Below, in pieces: positions 29,719 to 38,682 of a stretch of DNA of 54,420 bases. Location of the stretch: positions 1 to 54,420 of IMG/VR virus record IMGVR_UViG_3300025671_000008. One strand, given 5' to 3'. Each line of letters opens with the position of its first letter. Position 1 is the first letter of the stretch. The notes beneath the pieces were generated by a model. That model saw nothing but the letters and a program-made list of their open reading frames with translations, did no database searches and was not told the origin of the DNA. Origin of the DNA: a virus. Lineage: Duplodnaviria > Caudoviricetes. The translations under genes were made by a program, and so were the position numbers.

Positions 29719-29931
29719 ATGGCAGAGGCTCAACCAATCCGTGAGCTGATGAGCATTGCGCTCTACAGAGACGCAACGATCTTTGACATGCACCTCTACC
29801 TGGCAATCGCCAAGGCCGAGGGCTTTACCAATCTCATTCCAGAAATGGAACAGATCATCGAAGCACGGAAAGGAGAACTCGATGCCCCGACTACCCAACC
29901 AGCGTTACCAGAGACTCGTGAAGAAGATTGA
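29719..29931 (+). CDS. Hypothetical protein
   Basis: AAGGAGG RBS, MAEAQPIRE. Confidence 0.65.
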   Translation: MAEAQPIRELMSIALYRDATIFDMHLYLAIAKAEGFTNLIPEMEQIIEARKGELDAPTTQPALPETREED

Positions 29932-30091
29932 ACAAGGCAACCAGGCAAGTAATGAACTTGAAGAACTCTTTGCGAAGCATCTCGGAGAAGACTACGACTG
30001 CAATGAGTTGGCAGGCACGAGCTGTACCACCTTTGACACTTTGTTCTTGCCTAGTTCATTTGCAGAGGCACTCGAGCACTTCACCAGGTGA
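29882..30091 (+). CDS. Hypothetical protein
   Basis: AGGAG RBS, MPRLPNQRY. Confidence 0.55.
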   Translation: MPRLPNQRYQRLVKKIEQGNQASNELEELFAKHLGEDYDCNELAGTSCTTFDTLFLPSSFAEALEHFTR

Positions 30092-30363
30092 GCAATAAAG
30101 AAGCCTTCTCAAGCACATGGGAAGTTCTTATGTCTTCCCTGAGTGAAGAGTCACAACAAGAACTAAAGGAGTATGTGGATGACGAACGAGACGACTTCTG
30201 TCGAGATCACAATGCCGATGCGTGTCAACTACGACGGCTACCTGTCTTTCGTACCCGACCTAAAGGGTGCCTCCAAAAGCAACGCCCGCTGTCTCATGGA
30301 ACGATGGTACGAGATTGCTTGGATTGCTCAGGCCATGTTCAACATGAAGATGCTTTCTCCTGA
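30088..30363 (+). CDS. Hypothetical protein, 3' half overlaps next gene
   Basis: GTGA coupling to the upstream gene. Confidence 0.4.
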   Translation: MSNKEAFSSTWEVLMSSLSEESQQELKEYVDDERDDFCRDHNADACQLRRLPVFRTRPKGCLQKQRPLSHGTMVRDCLDCSGHVQHEDAFS

Positions 30364-30913
30364 AGACTGGCACATCACGATTGCCAGTCGTAAAGAGATG
30401 GAAGACTGGGGAGAAATCGGCTGGGTGAACAAGACGTATGACGTCAAGTTCTTTTACGAACTCACTGATGTACGCAATCAGTTGCACGAACGAGAAGTAC
30501 CTGGATGCAGCAACCGATTTCGATTTGAGTTTGCGCCTTCCAACTTCATGGTCATGAACACAAAAGGCAAGAGATCATTTGGCATTTCGCTTGATGGCAA
30601 TGAGGATCTTGAGGATTTGTTCCAGGAATTCAGGCACAGACTGCCAATCAAAAGTCCTCACCTGACTCTCTGTAATGACACAGGAAAGATGAAGGACTCA
30701 GTTGGCTGGACCAGCTACACCCAAATGGATGTAAATCAGATTGCTTGGACTGGAATCCCAGGGCTTCCACCAGAATTCAATCCTAACCGAGAGAAGTCGT
30801 TGCACCACTTGCACCAAGACTGGTTGTTTAGCCAAGGAAAAGACCTCACCCGTTACGACCGTACTCCTTCTTACGAAGAACTTGAATGCTTCGGCATCAA
30901 CACAAGGGACTGA
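30173..30913 (+). CDS. Hypothetical protein
   Basis: ~245 aa, AAGGAG upstream. Confidence 0.7.
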   Translation: MWMTNETTSVEITMPMRVNYDGYLSFVPDLKGASKSNARCLMERWYEIAWIAQAMFNMKMLSPEDWHITIASRKEMEDWGEIGWVNKTYDVKFFYELTDVRNQLHEREVPGCSNRFRFEFAPSNFMVMNTKGKRSFGISLDGNEDLEDLFQEFRHRLPIKSPHLTLCNDTGKMKDSVGWTSYTQMDVNQIAWTGIPGLPPEFNPNREKSLHHLHQDWLFSQGKDLTRYDRTPSYEELECFGINTRD

Positions 30914-30918
30914 AGACA

Positions 30919-31239
30919 ATGAACATTCTTGATGCACTCAAGCCCTCAGATATCACTGAGGAAGAGTGGGACTCTCGTGCCCACTTTGGATTTCGTGGTG
31001 GCAAGATGCAAATGATTGACTTGGGTAGTGGCTACGTCAACATCACAGGCAAGTGTGTGATGAGTGGCAAGGACTATGTCGTCCACCGCATCCTCATTGC
31101 ACACATCAACATGTGGCTCAACGAGAACAAGATGATCCAGGACGCACTGTCTCAGCTGTCAGCTGATGACCGTGGATTCCTGCTGGATGGAATCTGTCCC
31201 GACGCTCGAGCAAAGATGGAGGAATCACTCAATGGCTGA
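30919..31239 (+). CDS. Hypothetical protein
   Basis: IQDAL..LSADDR.FLLDGICP motif seen in small phage proteins. Confidence 0.65.
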   Translation: MNILDALKPSDITEEEWDSRAHFGFRGGKMQMIDLGSGYVNITGKCVMSGKDYVVHRILIAHINMWLNENKMIQDALSQLSADDRGFLLDGICPDARAKMEESLNG

Positions 31240-31531
31240 AGGTTACGTGTACGTAGACGCAGGATGTATCTGGATCGGTGATCCCTGTTACGTCATGGGA
31301 GATGACGCAAGCAGTCGCGTAAAGGATTGGGCCGGAGACTTCTGCGACAAGCTGGACAGCAAGGTGTCAGTTCAACAGCCGCTTGGGTTGGGAATAGGCA
31401 TGTGTATCGACAGTGGTTTTGGAGACGGTCGATACCCCGTGACTGTTGAGTACGACTCCCATTCAGGCAGACCTGCATCTGTCACTGTCACCTTCATTGA
31501 GGAGCGATTCGAAGATGACGACTACGAATGA
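31232..31531 (+). CDS. Hypothetical protein (VDAG...DPCY...SGFGDGxYPV, DUF4241-like)
   Basis: Motif recognition; GGAGG RBS. Confidence 0.65.
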   Translation: MAEGYVYVDAGCIWIGDPCYVMGDDASSRVKDWAGDFCDKLDSKVSVQQPLGLGIGMCIDSGFGDGRYPVTVEYDSHSGRPASVTVTFIEERFEDDDYE

Positions 31532-31838
31532 ACGCGAGTTGATTGATTCCGTCATCGCCCTGGCAGATGCCGTCGATCCTTCAGGCAAGCTTGCAAAGCA
31601 CACTGACGGGGTACCCGAACTCAACGACAGCGAGTACTCCCTAGATGAAGTGATTGAGTGGGTGCTTGATGTGATGGACGCTATTGGTGAAGCCATGTCC
31701 CACACACTGCAACAGAAAGACGAACGCCTCTATCAATTCGCCTGCATGGTGAATGATGGCGACGACATTGCATTTGATGTGGCAGAGAACATCGCCATTG
31801 AATTCGATCACCTCAAAGAAGAGGAAGAGGAGGAATGA
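31515..31838 (+). CDS. Acidic hypothetical protein
   Basis: Asp/Glu-rich ORF in operon. Confidence 0.6.
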   Translation: MTTTNERELIDSVIALADAVDPSGKLAKHTDGVPELNDSEYSLDEVIEWVLDVMDAIGEAMSHTLQQKDERLYQFACMVNDGDDIAFDVAENIAIEFDHLKEEEEEE

Positions 31839-31978
31839 AACCTCGCAACAAAAACAAGAGCAGGTTCACACAGGACGCTATCACCCGAGCAGCAAGGGGG
31901 ACGCACTCTAACCCCAAGAACCGCACCAAAGCCAAGGCCAAGCCCTTACCCGGCTACAAGAAGAGGACCAAGAGATGA
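31835..31978 (+). CDS. Small basic protein
   Basis: Read by eye: MKPRNKNKSRFTQDAITRAARG...; ATGA coupling at both ends. Confidence 0.55.
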   Translation: MKPRNKNKSRFTQDAITRAARGTHSNPKNRTKAKAKPLPGYKKRTKR

Positions 31979-32172
31979 CGAGGAAATCAATCAGAGTTGA
32001 CCATACTCCTGAACAACCCATCGTTTACCTGGTGACATCAAACAGGGTCACATCTGAATGTATCGCCGAGGTGTATACCTACAAGCACGCAGCACTTGAA
32101 CGTGCAGGTGAGATGGTCGGATGGGTAGTCCACACCATTGACCTGGAGGATGACTTATGCCCGAGTACCTAG
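31975..32172 (+). CDS. Hypothetical protein
   Basis: Coupled ORF. Confidence 0.55.
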   Translation: MTRKSIRVDHTPEQPIVYLVTSNRVTSECIAEVYTYKHAALERAGEMVGWVVHTIDLEDDLCPST

Positions 32173-32384
32173 TGACACTGTGGTATACCGAGATTCTCGA
32201 CGGCAAAGCCTACACTCGAGTCAAAGCTTCAAACCGAGATGAAGCACGAGCCAAGTTCTTCAAAGAGATCAATGAAGGCAATGAAGACAAGATGGAATGG
32301 GAGTACAAAGTTAAAGGTAGTGATGACTTGATCTACAACTACGACGAAGTGGATGTGACAGAGATCAAAGTGGAGGACGATTAA
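32157..32384 (+). CDS. Hypothetical protein
   Basis: GGAGG RBS. Confidence 0.6.
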   Translation: MPEYLVTLWYTEILDGKAYTRVKASNRDEARAKFFKEINEGNEDKMEWEYKVKGSDDLIYNYDEVDVTEIKVEDD

Positions 32385-32737
32385 TGCCCCGATCAGGAAT
32401 CATCTTGTGTTCCTATCGACAAATGATGAAGGCGATTAAGGAAGAAGAGCAAAAGAAAGCAGCAGAAGAATGGATCTTGAAATGGGAGAACACAATCCCT
32501 GAAGAAGAACGAGTCTCAATCATGCAAGCTGCTCTTGATCACTTTAAAAAGGAACGTCAGACTGCTTACGCGGATGATGTCGCTCTTCACATTTACATCC
32601 AAGTAAATGGATGTAAGCCTAAGACTCCAATAGCTGATGGAGATACAAGCCAAGACGTTCCATCCTCTCCCGGCCAACCTCCATCCGACAGTAGTGATTG
32701 TCAATCCCAAGACGAGCATGACCCATCAACGCCCTGA
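32384..32737 (+). CDS. Hypothetical protein
   Basis: TAATG coupling; tail overlaps the integrase 3' end. Confidence 0.5.
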   Translation: MPRSGIILCSYRQMMKAIKEEEQKKAAEEWILKWENTIPEEERVSIMQAALDHFKKERQTAYADDVALHIYIQVNGCKPKTPIADGDTSQDVPSSPGQPPSDSSDCQSQDEHDPSTP

Positions 32738-33581
32738 CTGCTCCGTCATCCTGACCATCAAGCACTGACCTCACAGTTCTTCGCACCGCATACATGCCCA
32801 GGCATGGGACACCTGCCTTCTCACAGGTGTCACGCCAATGACGTTGCACTGTCCTCTTTGCTCCCCACTTAATCTCAAGACACCAACGGTGTTCCTCAGG
32901 TACCCAAGCAGCACGACTGATGCCTGTCTTGGATCTGTTCAATTGAAACACACCATCATGCCACTCCCCCCCACACATTTCAGTGACATCCTTCGGGCCG
33001 TATGCACAGAACCAGGCACACCTGACCAGCCCGTCCTCATCCGCACGGATGAGATCCTTCAACTCACGCACCATGTGGTAGCCACGCTTGTTCGCCCGTG
33101 ACTTACGCTTCTCCCTCATTGTGGGGGGGAGCATGACAGGCAAGTCTTCGACAATCTGAATGCCACGTACTTCAGCCCAGCGATATACAGATCTTGTCCA
33201 GATGACGAAGTTGTGTCTTCTCCACACCCCATAACGTCGGTTGACGTACTCGTAGGCATGCCGGACTCCGCCCCCCCGTTCCGGGAGGGGCGTCGTCCTT
33301 CCATCTACGAATCTCTTCAGGGTGGAAGCAAGCCACTGGTAGTCTTTAAGTGTAGACTGGGCAAGACCTTCCGACTCCTTGTCTTTTAGCCAGGCATCAA
33401 GCACGAGAGTCAACGGCCTGCGAAACTCTTGCTTGCTCTGCTCAAGTCTCGACATCCAGTACTGGAGGTGAGCTTGTTCTTCATCTGTTCCGAAGTACCT
33501 GTGCTTGCCTTCTACAAATCTGTACCACTGTCCGTTAGAATGCAGCTTAAGGTCCCTACTTGTCGTGAATCGATCGCCCAT
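32619..33581 (-). CDS. int: Tyrosine integrase
   Basis: N-terminal arm-binding LHSNGQWYRFVEGKHRYFG; RSKTG, YAVRR, LMGH, catalytic Y in DNHY; AAGGAG RBS; adjacent tRNA fragment. Confidence 0.85.
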   Translation of the reverse strand: MGDRFTTSRDLKLHSNGQWYRFVEGKHRYFGTDEEQAHLQYWMSRLEQSKQEFRRPLTLVLDAWLKDKESEGLAQSTLKDYQWLASTLKRFVDGRTTPLPERGGGVRHAYEYVNRRYGVWRRHNFVIWTRSVYRWAEVRGIQIVEDLPVMLPPTMREKRKSRANKRGYHMVRELKDLIRADEDGLVRCAWFCAYGPKDVTEMCGGEWHDGVFQLNRSKTGISRAAWVPEEHRWCLEIKWGAKRTVQRHWRDTCEKAGVPCLGMYAVRRTVRSVLDGQDDGAVRALMGHARLGIDNHYCRMEVGRERMERLGLYLHQLLES

Positions 33582-33599
33582 GACACGTAACTCCTTACT

Positions 33600-33640
33600 G
33601 GACAGGTGGCCGAGCGGCTGAAGGCACCGGTTTGCTAAAC
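33600..33640 (+). other. Putative attP core: 5' half of tRNA-Ser(GCT)
   Basis: GGACAGGTGGCCGAGCGGCTGAAGGCACCGGTTTGCTAAAC matches acceptor 5' strand, D-arm and anticodon loop TTGCTAA; similarity then stops. Confidence 0.8.
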
Positions 33641-33705
33641 GCTTCTTCCACCTGTTGACCCCCCCACTGTATCCAAAAGGCCGCTCGAGTCAGGGCTAAA
33701 CATGC

Positions 33706-33727
33706 CGTGACTTGTCGTGACTTGTCG
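33706..33727. repeat. Tandem GTGACTTGTC repeats, candidate integrase arm sites
   Basis: CGTGACTTGTCGTGACTTGTCG; a related CTTGTCGTGA lies near 33559 on the other side of the core. Confidence 0.45.
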
Positions 33728-33809
33728 ATCAGACCTTCCCGTTTTTACACGGGTGTGCTATACCATTAGCACCCCACCACTCTTTACCTCACTTCAAAGG
33801 AGTTGCCCC

Positions 33810-34025
33810 ATGATGACAACCTCACGACCCGAAGTTGTTGAAGACATGCACCTTAGATACCTGGACACACTTCGTGATTCAGGTCAGACAAACATGCACG
33901 GAGCCGGCACTTATCTCAGTGAGGCATTCGATCTCGACCCAAGTATTTCTAGAAAAATTCTGAAGTACTGGATGGCCAGCTTCTCAGAAGCGGAATCACG
34001 AAAGAGGCGTGGCGAAGATGCCTGA
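33810..34025 (+). CDS. Small phage protein (YLD.LR.SG..NM.GA..YL family)
   Basis: AAGGAG RBS; motif recognition. Confidence 0.7.
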   Translation: MMTTSRPEVVEDMHLRYLDTLRDSGQTNMHGAGTYLSEAFDLDPSISRKILKYWMASFSEAESRKRRGEDA

Positions 34026-34212
34026 TACCCCCCCACCCTCTGATCTTCCTGCTCTTCCCAAACAAGGAGAAGAACGAACTGGTGAGCCTCGCATCAATCA
34101 GCGGGGCTACGACCTTTGCATGGATTGTTTCACAACTCTCCATCAAGACACGCACTTCACTCGAGGTGGCCTGAACTACTGCCTCCATTGTGCCGCATCC
34201 CTTCCTCACTGA
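34018..34212 (+). CDS. Small CxxC...CxxC protein
   Basis: CMDC...CLHC. Confidence 0.45.
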   Translation: MPDTPPPSDLPALPKQGEERTGEPRINQRGYDLCMDCFTTLHQDTHFTRGGLNYCLHCAASLPH

Positions 34213-34297
34213 AACCCTTGTTCCAAATCCGTATGACTCCCGACACTCAATACAAACCACCACAAATACAGGTGGAGTCCACGGTCAAGAGAGTGTC

Positions 34298-34570
34298 ATG
34301 ATTTCCAAAGAATCCCAGAACAACTTCCAAGAGTTGGTTCGAGTTTGTTCTCACGGCGAGATGTGTGTTGTCGAATGCTCGGATTCCAAAGACCGTAAGT
34401 ACCAGGTGATCTGTGCAGTGGTGGATCTTCCTGAGTTTGACGAAGCCGTGTACGTCCCCTTTGGTTTCATGTTGACACCCAACATGTACAACTTGCTGGA
34501 CCGCATCAAACCACCCGAGTCCCTCAAGGGTGAATGGGCTTGGCCCGAAAGCACCTTCTATTCGTCATGA
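34298..34570 (+). CDS. Hypothetical protein
   Basis: MISKESQNNF, ATGA-coupled to UDG. Confidence 0.6.
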   Translation: MISKESQNNFQELVRVCSHGEMCVVECSDSKDRKYQVICAVVDLPEFDEAVYVPFGFMLTPNMYNLLDRIKPPESLKGEWAWPESTFYSS

Positions 34571-35241
34571 ACCTGCCCCAATTTCCTTCGCATTCTTCAT
34601 GCACGTCTTGTGAGCTGCATCAAGAAGCCAATCATCCGGGGGTGCCGACTGCTCATTACGGGCAGTCGGTATTTCCTTCTCCAGACACACCGTTTCTCAT
34701 CGTCATCGGCATGAACCCTGGGTACCACGAAGACAGAACCAATGAATGCTTTGTCGGTCCCGCAGGAAAGATGCTGAAGAACGTGTACATGGAATCCCTT
34801 GGGATCCTCGACACGCATGTGGTGTACTTCACCAACGCAGTGCGATGCACCACGCCAGGCGACACCGGCCTCAAGAACAGTCACATCAAGAAGTGCTGGC
34901 CGCATACCCAGTCAGACATCAGAAACATCTCCGACTGGCACAATGTGGGGGGGAGCATCCTTTGCCTGGGAACACACGCAGCACAGGCTGCAACCAAACA
35001 CTTGATGGGTAAAGCTTTCTCCTTATCGAGAGCACTTGATAAGCAAGGCTTTCCTCTTCCGCCAATTTCCGACAACAAGTCACTTCAGTTTTTTGTGACA
35101 TATCACCCTGCGGCTGTGCTTCGAACGCAACGATTGAAGTATGCTGTCTCTGAACACCTTGACCTTATTGGACAGCATCTTCAGGGAGCCGTCGCATCGC
35201 CATCGCTTCCAATGATCATCCCACCAAGGAGTCCAAGGTGA
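34567..35241 (+). CDS. Uracil-DNA glycosylase superfamily protein (family 4-like, Fe-S Cys)
   Basis: CTSCEL, IGMNPGYHED...FVGPAGKML, TNAVRC, KKC, LCLG, TYHPAAVLR. Confidence 0.88.
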   Translation: MNLPQFPSHSSCTSCELHQEANHPGVPTAHYGQSVFPSPDTPFLIVIGMNPGYHEDRTNECFVGPAGKMLKNVYMESLGILDTHVVYFTNAVRCTTPGDTGLKNSHIKKCWPHTQSDIRNISDWHNVGGSILCLGTHAAQAATKHLMGKAFSLSRALDKQGFPLPPISDNKSLQFFVTYHPAAVLRTQRLKYAVSEHLDLIGQHLQGAVASPSLPMIIPPRSPR

Positions 35242-35492
35242 AAACCTCTGTAGAAAGAACCATGTCAATTGAGATTGAGATCCCAGTTGACATACACCTA
35301 GACGTTCATCCCTCAGCAGTTGACATCCTCGATGTCGAGTTCACTCAAAAGAAAAGTGATGTGCTTCACTACCTTCAGGAACTCATAGAAGAGTTTGCCC
35401 AAGACGAGAGCTTCGATAGCAGGCAACTTCTCGATGAAGCTTATGAAGATGCACAGGCACAGAAAGCTGATGACTTCCGAAAGGACAACTGA
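35238..35492 (+). CDS. Acidic hypothetical protein
   Basis: AAGGAG RBS, GTGA coupling. Confidence 0.6.
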   Translation: MKTSVERTMSIEIEIPVDIHLDVHPSAVDILDVEFTQKKSDVLHYLQELIEEFAQDESFDSRQLLDEAYEDAQAQKADDFRKDN

Positions 35493-35494
35493 AC

Positions 35495-37864
35495 GTGGAT
35501 GCTCCCATCATCTCGCTTGACATTGAAACCTACGGTGCCGCAAAGCATCGGCGAGATGGCCGGAAACTCCCTTCGCAGAAGTACTTTCATCCTCGCAAGT
35601 CCGAGTATTGGCAAGCAGTAGAAAAGAAAGATTTGATCCTGACCTGTGCCATCACTGTTGCCGAGTCAGACCCACGAGAGAACAAGACCTGGGACCGAGC
35701 ATCTATCCAAGCACTCAAGCCTGGTGAGACTTTCGTTCTCGAGATGGACAAGAGCATGCACCGAGAATGCCTGGCTCTTTGGCTGAAGCATGCTGACACG
35801 ATCATCGGATCGAACATCCAGTTCGACTTGCTCTTCCTCAGGGCCTACGACAACGCTTTCAAGTTCCTTCTGGACGGCAGGCACACGTACATCGATACGA
35901 CTGTGGTTGCTTACCTTTGGAATGAGTTGTCCTCTTCTCGCAGCTTGAAGAAACTTGGTCCTCTCCTGGGCCAGTTCACTTACGACGAGTCCCTTGCAGA
36001 AGGGAATCGATTTGCCAGCGTGTCAGATGACAAGCTCTCCAAGTACAACGCAGAAGACACACACAACACGCTGCTCGTGCTGGCCGAACTTGCACGTCGT
36101 ATGCCCACCAACACTGACAAGTTGTCAGAGTTCTGCATCAATCATTACAGCGGTGCGATTCACTCTGTCTTGTGCATGACCGAAGAGGGAATTCCTTTTT
36201 CCTCAATCGAACTCGAACAACTGCACGATGAACTAGAAGAAAAACTTGAAGTTGCTCGAGCGAAAGCAGAAGATTGCGGACTCATTCTTTCAGGCAAAGG
36301 TTCTGCCCAATCCAAGAATGAGTTCTTCAATGACGCAGTCACGCTGATCGAACGAGCTGGTCAGGAGAACATCCTCGATCTCCTGGACAAGACGCCTAAG
36401 ACACAGAAGATCTCACACTCTAAGAAAAACAGAGTGATTCTCAGCCAGTACCTCCCGGATTCACCGACGGGGAAAAGCCTTGTAAAGGACGGGCTTCACT
36501 GGTTTAGTCAGTTTCAAGACGCACAGAAACTGCTTTCTACATACGTGTTTCCGCTACTTCTTCACAAGCGGAATGATTCAACAAATCTCAAGTCGAGCAT
36601 AATTCCATGGCCAACACTGGATTCATCCCGAACACTGTTTGCTTCTGTCGACGACCAGAAGGAAGTCATTTCATTGAACAAGACGGAGACTCCATCAAGA
36701 TTGATGCCGGAGTCTTCTACGCTGTTCTCAAAGACATCGTCCCCAAAGACCTCGATCTCGATACCCTTCGTGCAATCCACGCCACTACAATCAAAGAAGT
36801 GCTGTATCGAGCAGGCGCTCAAGAACAATCAAAGCAGTACACCACTGAAGCTTCGGAAGAGATTCTCGATAAAGAGATCCCCCGCTGTTGCTGATGCTGC
36901 TGCCTACCCTTCATGGTTCATCACCCCAAGTCGGGTAAAGAATGATGAAGGTTCCGAGGGGGGGACTATTCAAGGTCGGATCACTTGTAAAGATCCATCT
37001 GCTCAGACCTTTCCCCCCCACATCAAAGAGTGCATGGCCTCCCGATTCGAGGGGGGTTCCATCGTAGGCATCGACTTGAGCCAGATTGAACTTAGGGTTT
37101 CAGCCCTGGTATCGGGCGAGCCCTCGATTCGCAACGCTTACATCAACGGAGAAGATCTGCACGCAACCCGTGCTCGATCACTGTGGCCTGACTACGACCA
37201 GGTACCCGAAGAGAAGAAGCGTCGAAGGCAGGTCGGGAAGATGATGAACTTTGCTGATCTCTTCCTGTCCTCAGCCAACACCATGCGAGAACAGGTGTAT
37301 GCCCAGAGCAATGGAGATATCGATCTGCCCATCGACGTGTTTAAGGAAGTAGTAAACACTCGGAATAAGATTCGACCGGTGCTTACAGCGTGGCAGAAAG
37401 AAATGATCTGGACCGCTAAAGCCCGACACCGAATTGAACTCCCGTTGACCGGTCAGTCTCGTTACTTCTCCGATATTGCCAAGGAGAGATCCGAGATTGT
37501 GAACTTCCCAATCCAAACGACTGCATCAAATCTGATGATGCAGATCCAGTTTCACTTACAGACAGAGCTAAACCGTCAGTTTCCGACGTACATTTCTGAA
37601 CGCCCCCGCTTGTTTCTTCAAGTATTCGATGCGGTGTACATTGACACACCACCCAAAATGGGGGGTATGATGAGGGACATCTTCAAGATCGCAATTGAAA
37701 AAGTGTGCAGCCCTTCCGGTTATTGGGGGCTCCTGACGAAGCACTACGATTCACCTCTAATTCCTCTTGAATTTGATGTTGAGGTTCTTGCGACAAGATC
37801 CCCCTCGGAGCCCCCCCATGAGCAATCAATACAAGCCAGATCCTGCCACGAAGGAGCGGCATAA
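35495..37864 (+). CDS. polA: Family A DNA polymerase with 3'-5' exonuclease
   Basis: ExoI LDIET, ExoII NIQFD, ExoIII YNAED; KLLSTY; motif A DLSQIELR; motif B R...KMMNF; NFPIQ; motif C QVFD. Confidence 0.92.
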   Translation: MDAPIISLDIETYGAAKHRRDGRKLPSQKYFHPRKSEYWQAVEKKDLILTCAITVAESDPRENKTWDRASIQALKPGETFVLEMDKSMHRECLALWLKHADTIIGSNIQFDLLFLRAYDNAFKFLLDGRHTYIDTTVVAYLWNELSSSRSLKKLGPLLGQFTYDESLAEGNRFASVSDDKLSKYNAEDTHNTLLVLAELARRMPTNTDKLSEFCINHYSGAIHSVLCMTEEGIPFSSIELEQLHDELEEKLEVARAKAEDCGLILSGKGSAQSKNEFFNDAVTLIERAGQENILDLLDKTPKTQKISHSKKNRVILSQYLPDSPTGKSLVKDGLHWFSQFQDAQKLLSTYVFPLLLHKRNDSTNLKSSIIPWPTLDSSRTLFASVDDQKEVISLNKTETPSRLMPESSTLFSKTSSPKTSISIPFVQSTPLQSKKCCIEQALKNNQSSTPLKLRKRFSIKRSPAVADAAAYPSWFITPSRVKNDEGSEGGTIQGRITCKDPSAQTFPPHIKECMASRFEGGSIVGIDLSQIELRVSALVSGEPSIRNAYINGEDLHATRARSLWPDYDQVPEEKKRRRQVGKMMNFADLFLSSANTMREQVYAQSNGDIDLPIDVFKEVVNTRNKIRPVLTAWQKEMIWTAKARHRIELPLTGQSRYFSDIAKERSEIVNFPIQTTASNLMMQIQFHLQTELNRQFPTYISERPRLFLQVFDAVYIDTPPKMGGMMRDIFKIAIEKVCSPSGYWGLLTKHYDSPLIPLEFDVEVLATRSPSEPPHEQSIQARSCHEGAA
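36607..36894 (+). CDS. Candidate nested gene (95 aa) in an alternative frame within polA
   Basis: Genome-typical codons; boundaries coincide with a Ser/Pro/Thr-rich insertion in PolA; no clear RBS. Confidence 0.5.
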   Translation: MANTGFIPNTVCFCRRPEGSHFIEQDGDSIKIDAGVFYAVLKDIVPKDLDLDTLRAIHATTIKEVLYRAGAQEQSKQYTTEASEEILDKEIPRCC

Positions 37865-38168
37865 GAAAATTGTTTCTCTTCTTAAGCAAGGCTACTCTGT
37901 TCAAGAAGTCTGCAAGCAGGTAAAGATCACACCCAAGCGGGTGTATGCAGTTGCTGAGCGAGCCTCTGTCTCAACTAATCCAATGGTTCATCCTCAATCA
38001 GATGATGAGAACTCTATCTGCCGATTGAACCATGCTGGTTGGAGTCTCAAGAAGATCTCTAAATACATGGGCCGAGAGACTCAGGCCATCACACGGGTGC
38101 TGAATCGGATCAAGGAAGATCCGGTGATGAACAAGACCAAGGATAGGTACGGAGAGTTTGAAGCGTAG
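37818..38168 (+). CDS. Double helix-turn-helix DNA-binding protein
   Basis: LLKQGYSVQEVCKQVKIT and AGWSLKKISKYMGR. Confidence 0.7.
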   Translation: MSNQYKPDPATKERHKKIVSLLKQGYSVQEVCKQVKITPKRVYAVAERASVSTNPMVHPQSDDENSICRLNHAGWSLKKISKYMGRETQAITRVLNRIKEDPVMNKTKDRYGEFEA

Positions 38169-38682
38169 CTGGGTAATCCTCCGGGACACACGGGAAAAGA
38201 AACCCCTAGCCTTTCCTGCCACGCTGCCTTGTCTCAACGATCAGCTCCCCCCCACATCTAAAGCCAGCCTTTCAGTACGCCTCGAGGTGGTGGATTCCAC
38301 TCTCACCACTGGGGACTACGTTCTGCAAGGGCACGAAGACCAGGTTCTCATTGAGAGAAAAGGTGGCCTTCGAGAGATTGCCGGCAACTGCCTCACCCGA
38401 GACGGTCGTCGGCGTTTCATTTCACAGATAGACAGGCTCAAGGCCCAGGCCAAGCACCCCTACCTGATGCTCGAGGGATCCCCTTTAGACCTCCAGAAAC
38501 CTGTTTCCAATGTGCCGAAACCGTTTCTTGCGTTGGATGCTATCCAAAGGATACTCCTGGAAAGAGGGGTACCTTTGCTGCTACTCCCCTCAACGACAGT
38601 CGCATCACGGCGTGCGATGGGGGAATGGGTGGCTCGACTCTTGATCAACGGAGCATTGACCCATGGCATGGATGACACATAA
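38158..38682 (+). CDS. ERCC4-domain nuclease (putative resolvase)
   Basis: DTREKKP, L.TGDY, IERK motifs. Confidence 0.85.
   Translation: MKRSWVILRDTREKKPLAFPATLPCLNDQLPPTSKASLSVRLEVVDSTLTTGDYVLQGHEDQVLIERKGGLREIAGNCLTRDGRRRFISQIDRLKAQAKHPYLMLEGSPLDLQKPVSNVPKPFLALDAIQRILLERGVPLLLLPSTTVASRRAMGEWVARLLINGALTHGMDDT

Noticed and set aside
33600-33690. Complete tRNA gene
   Set aside because: No variable arm, T-arm or 3' acceptor strand; only the 5' half is present.
36604-36900. Intein or group I intron in polA
   Set aside because: No C/S...HN-C/S/T intein ends, no homing endonuclease motif and no recognisable group I core; kept as a nested-ORF finding.
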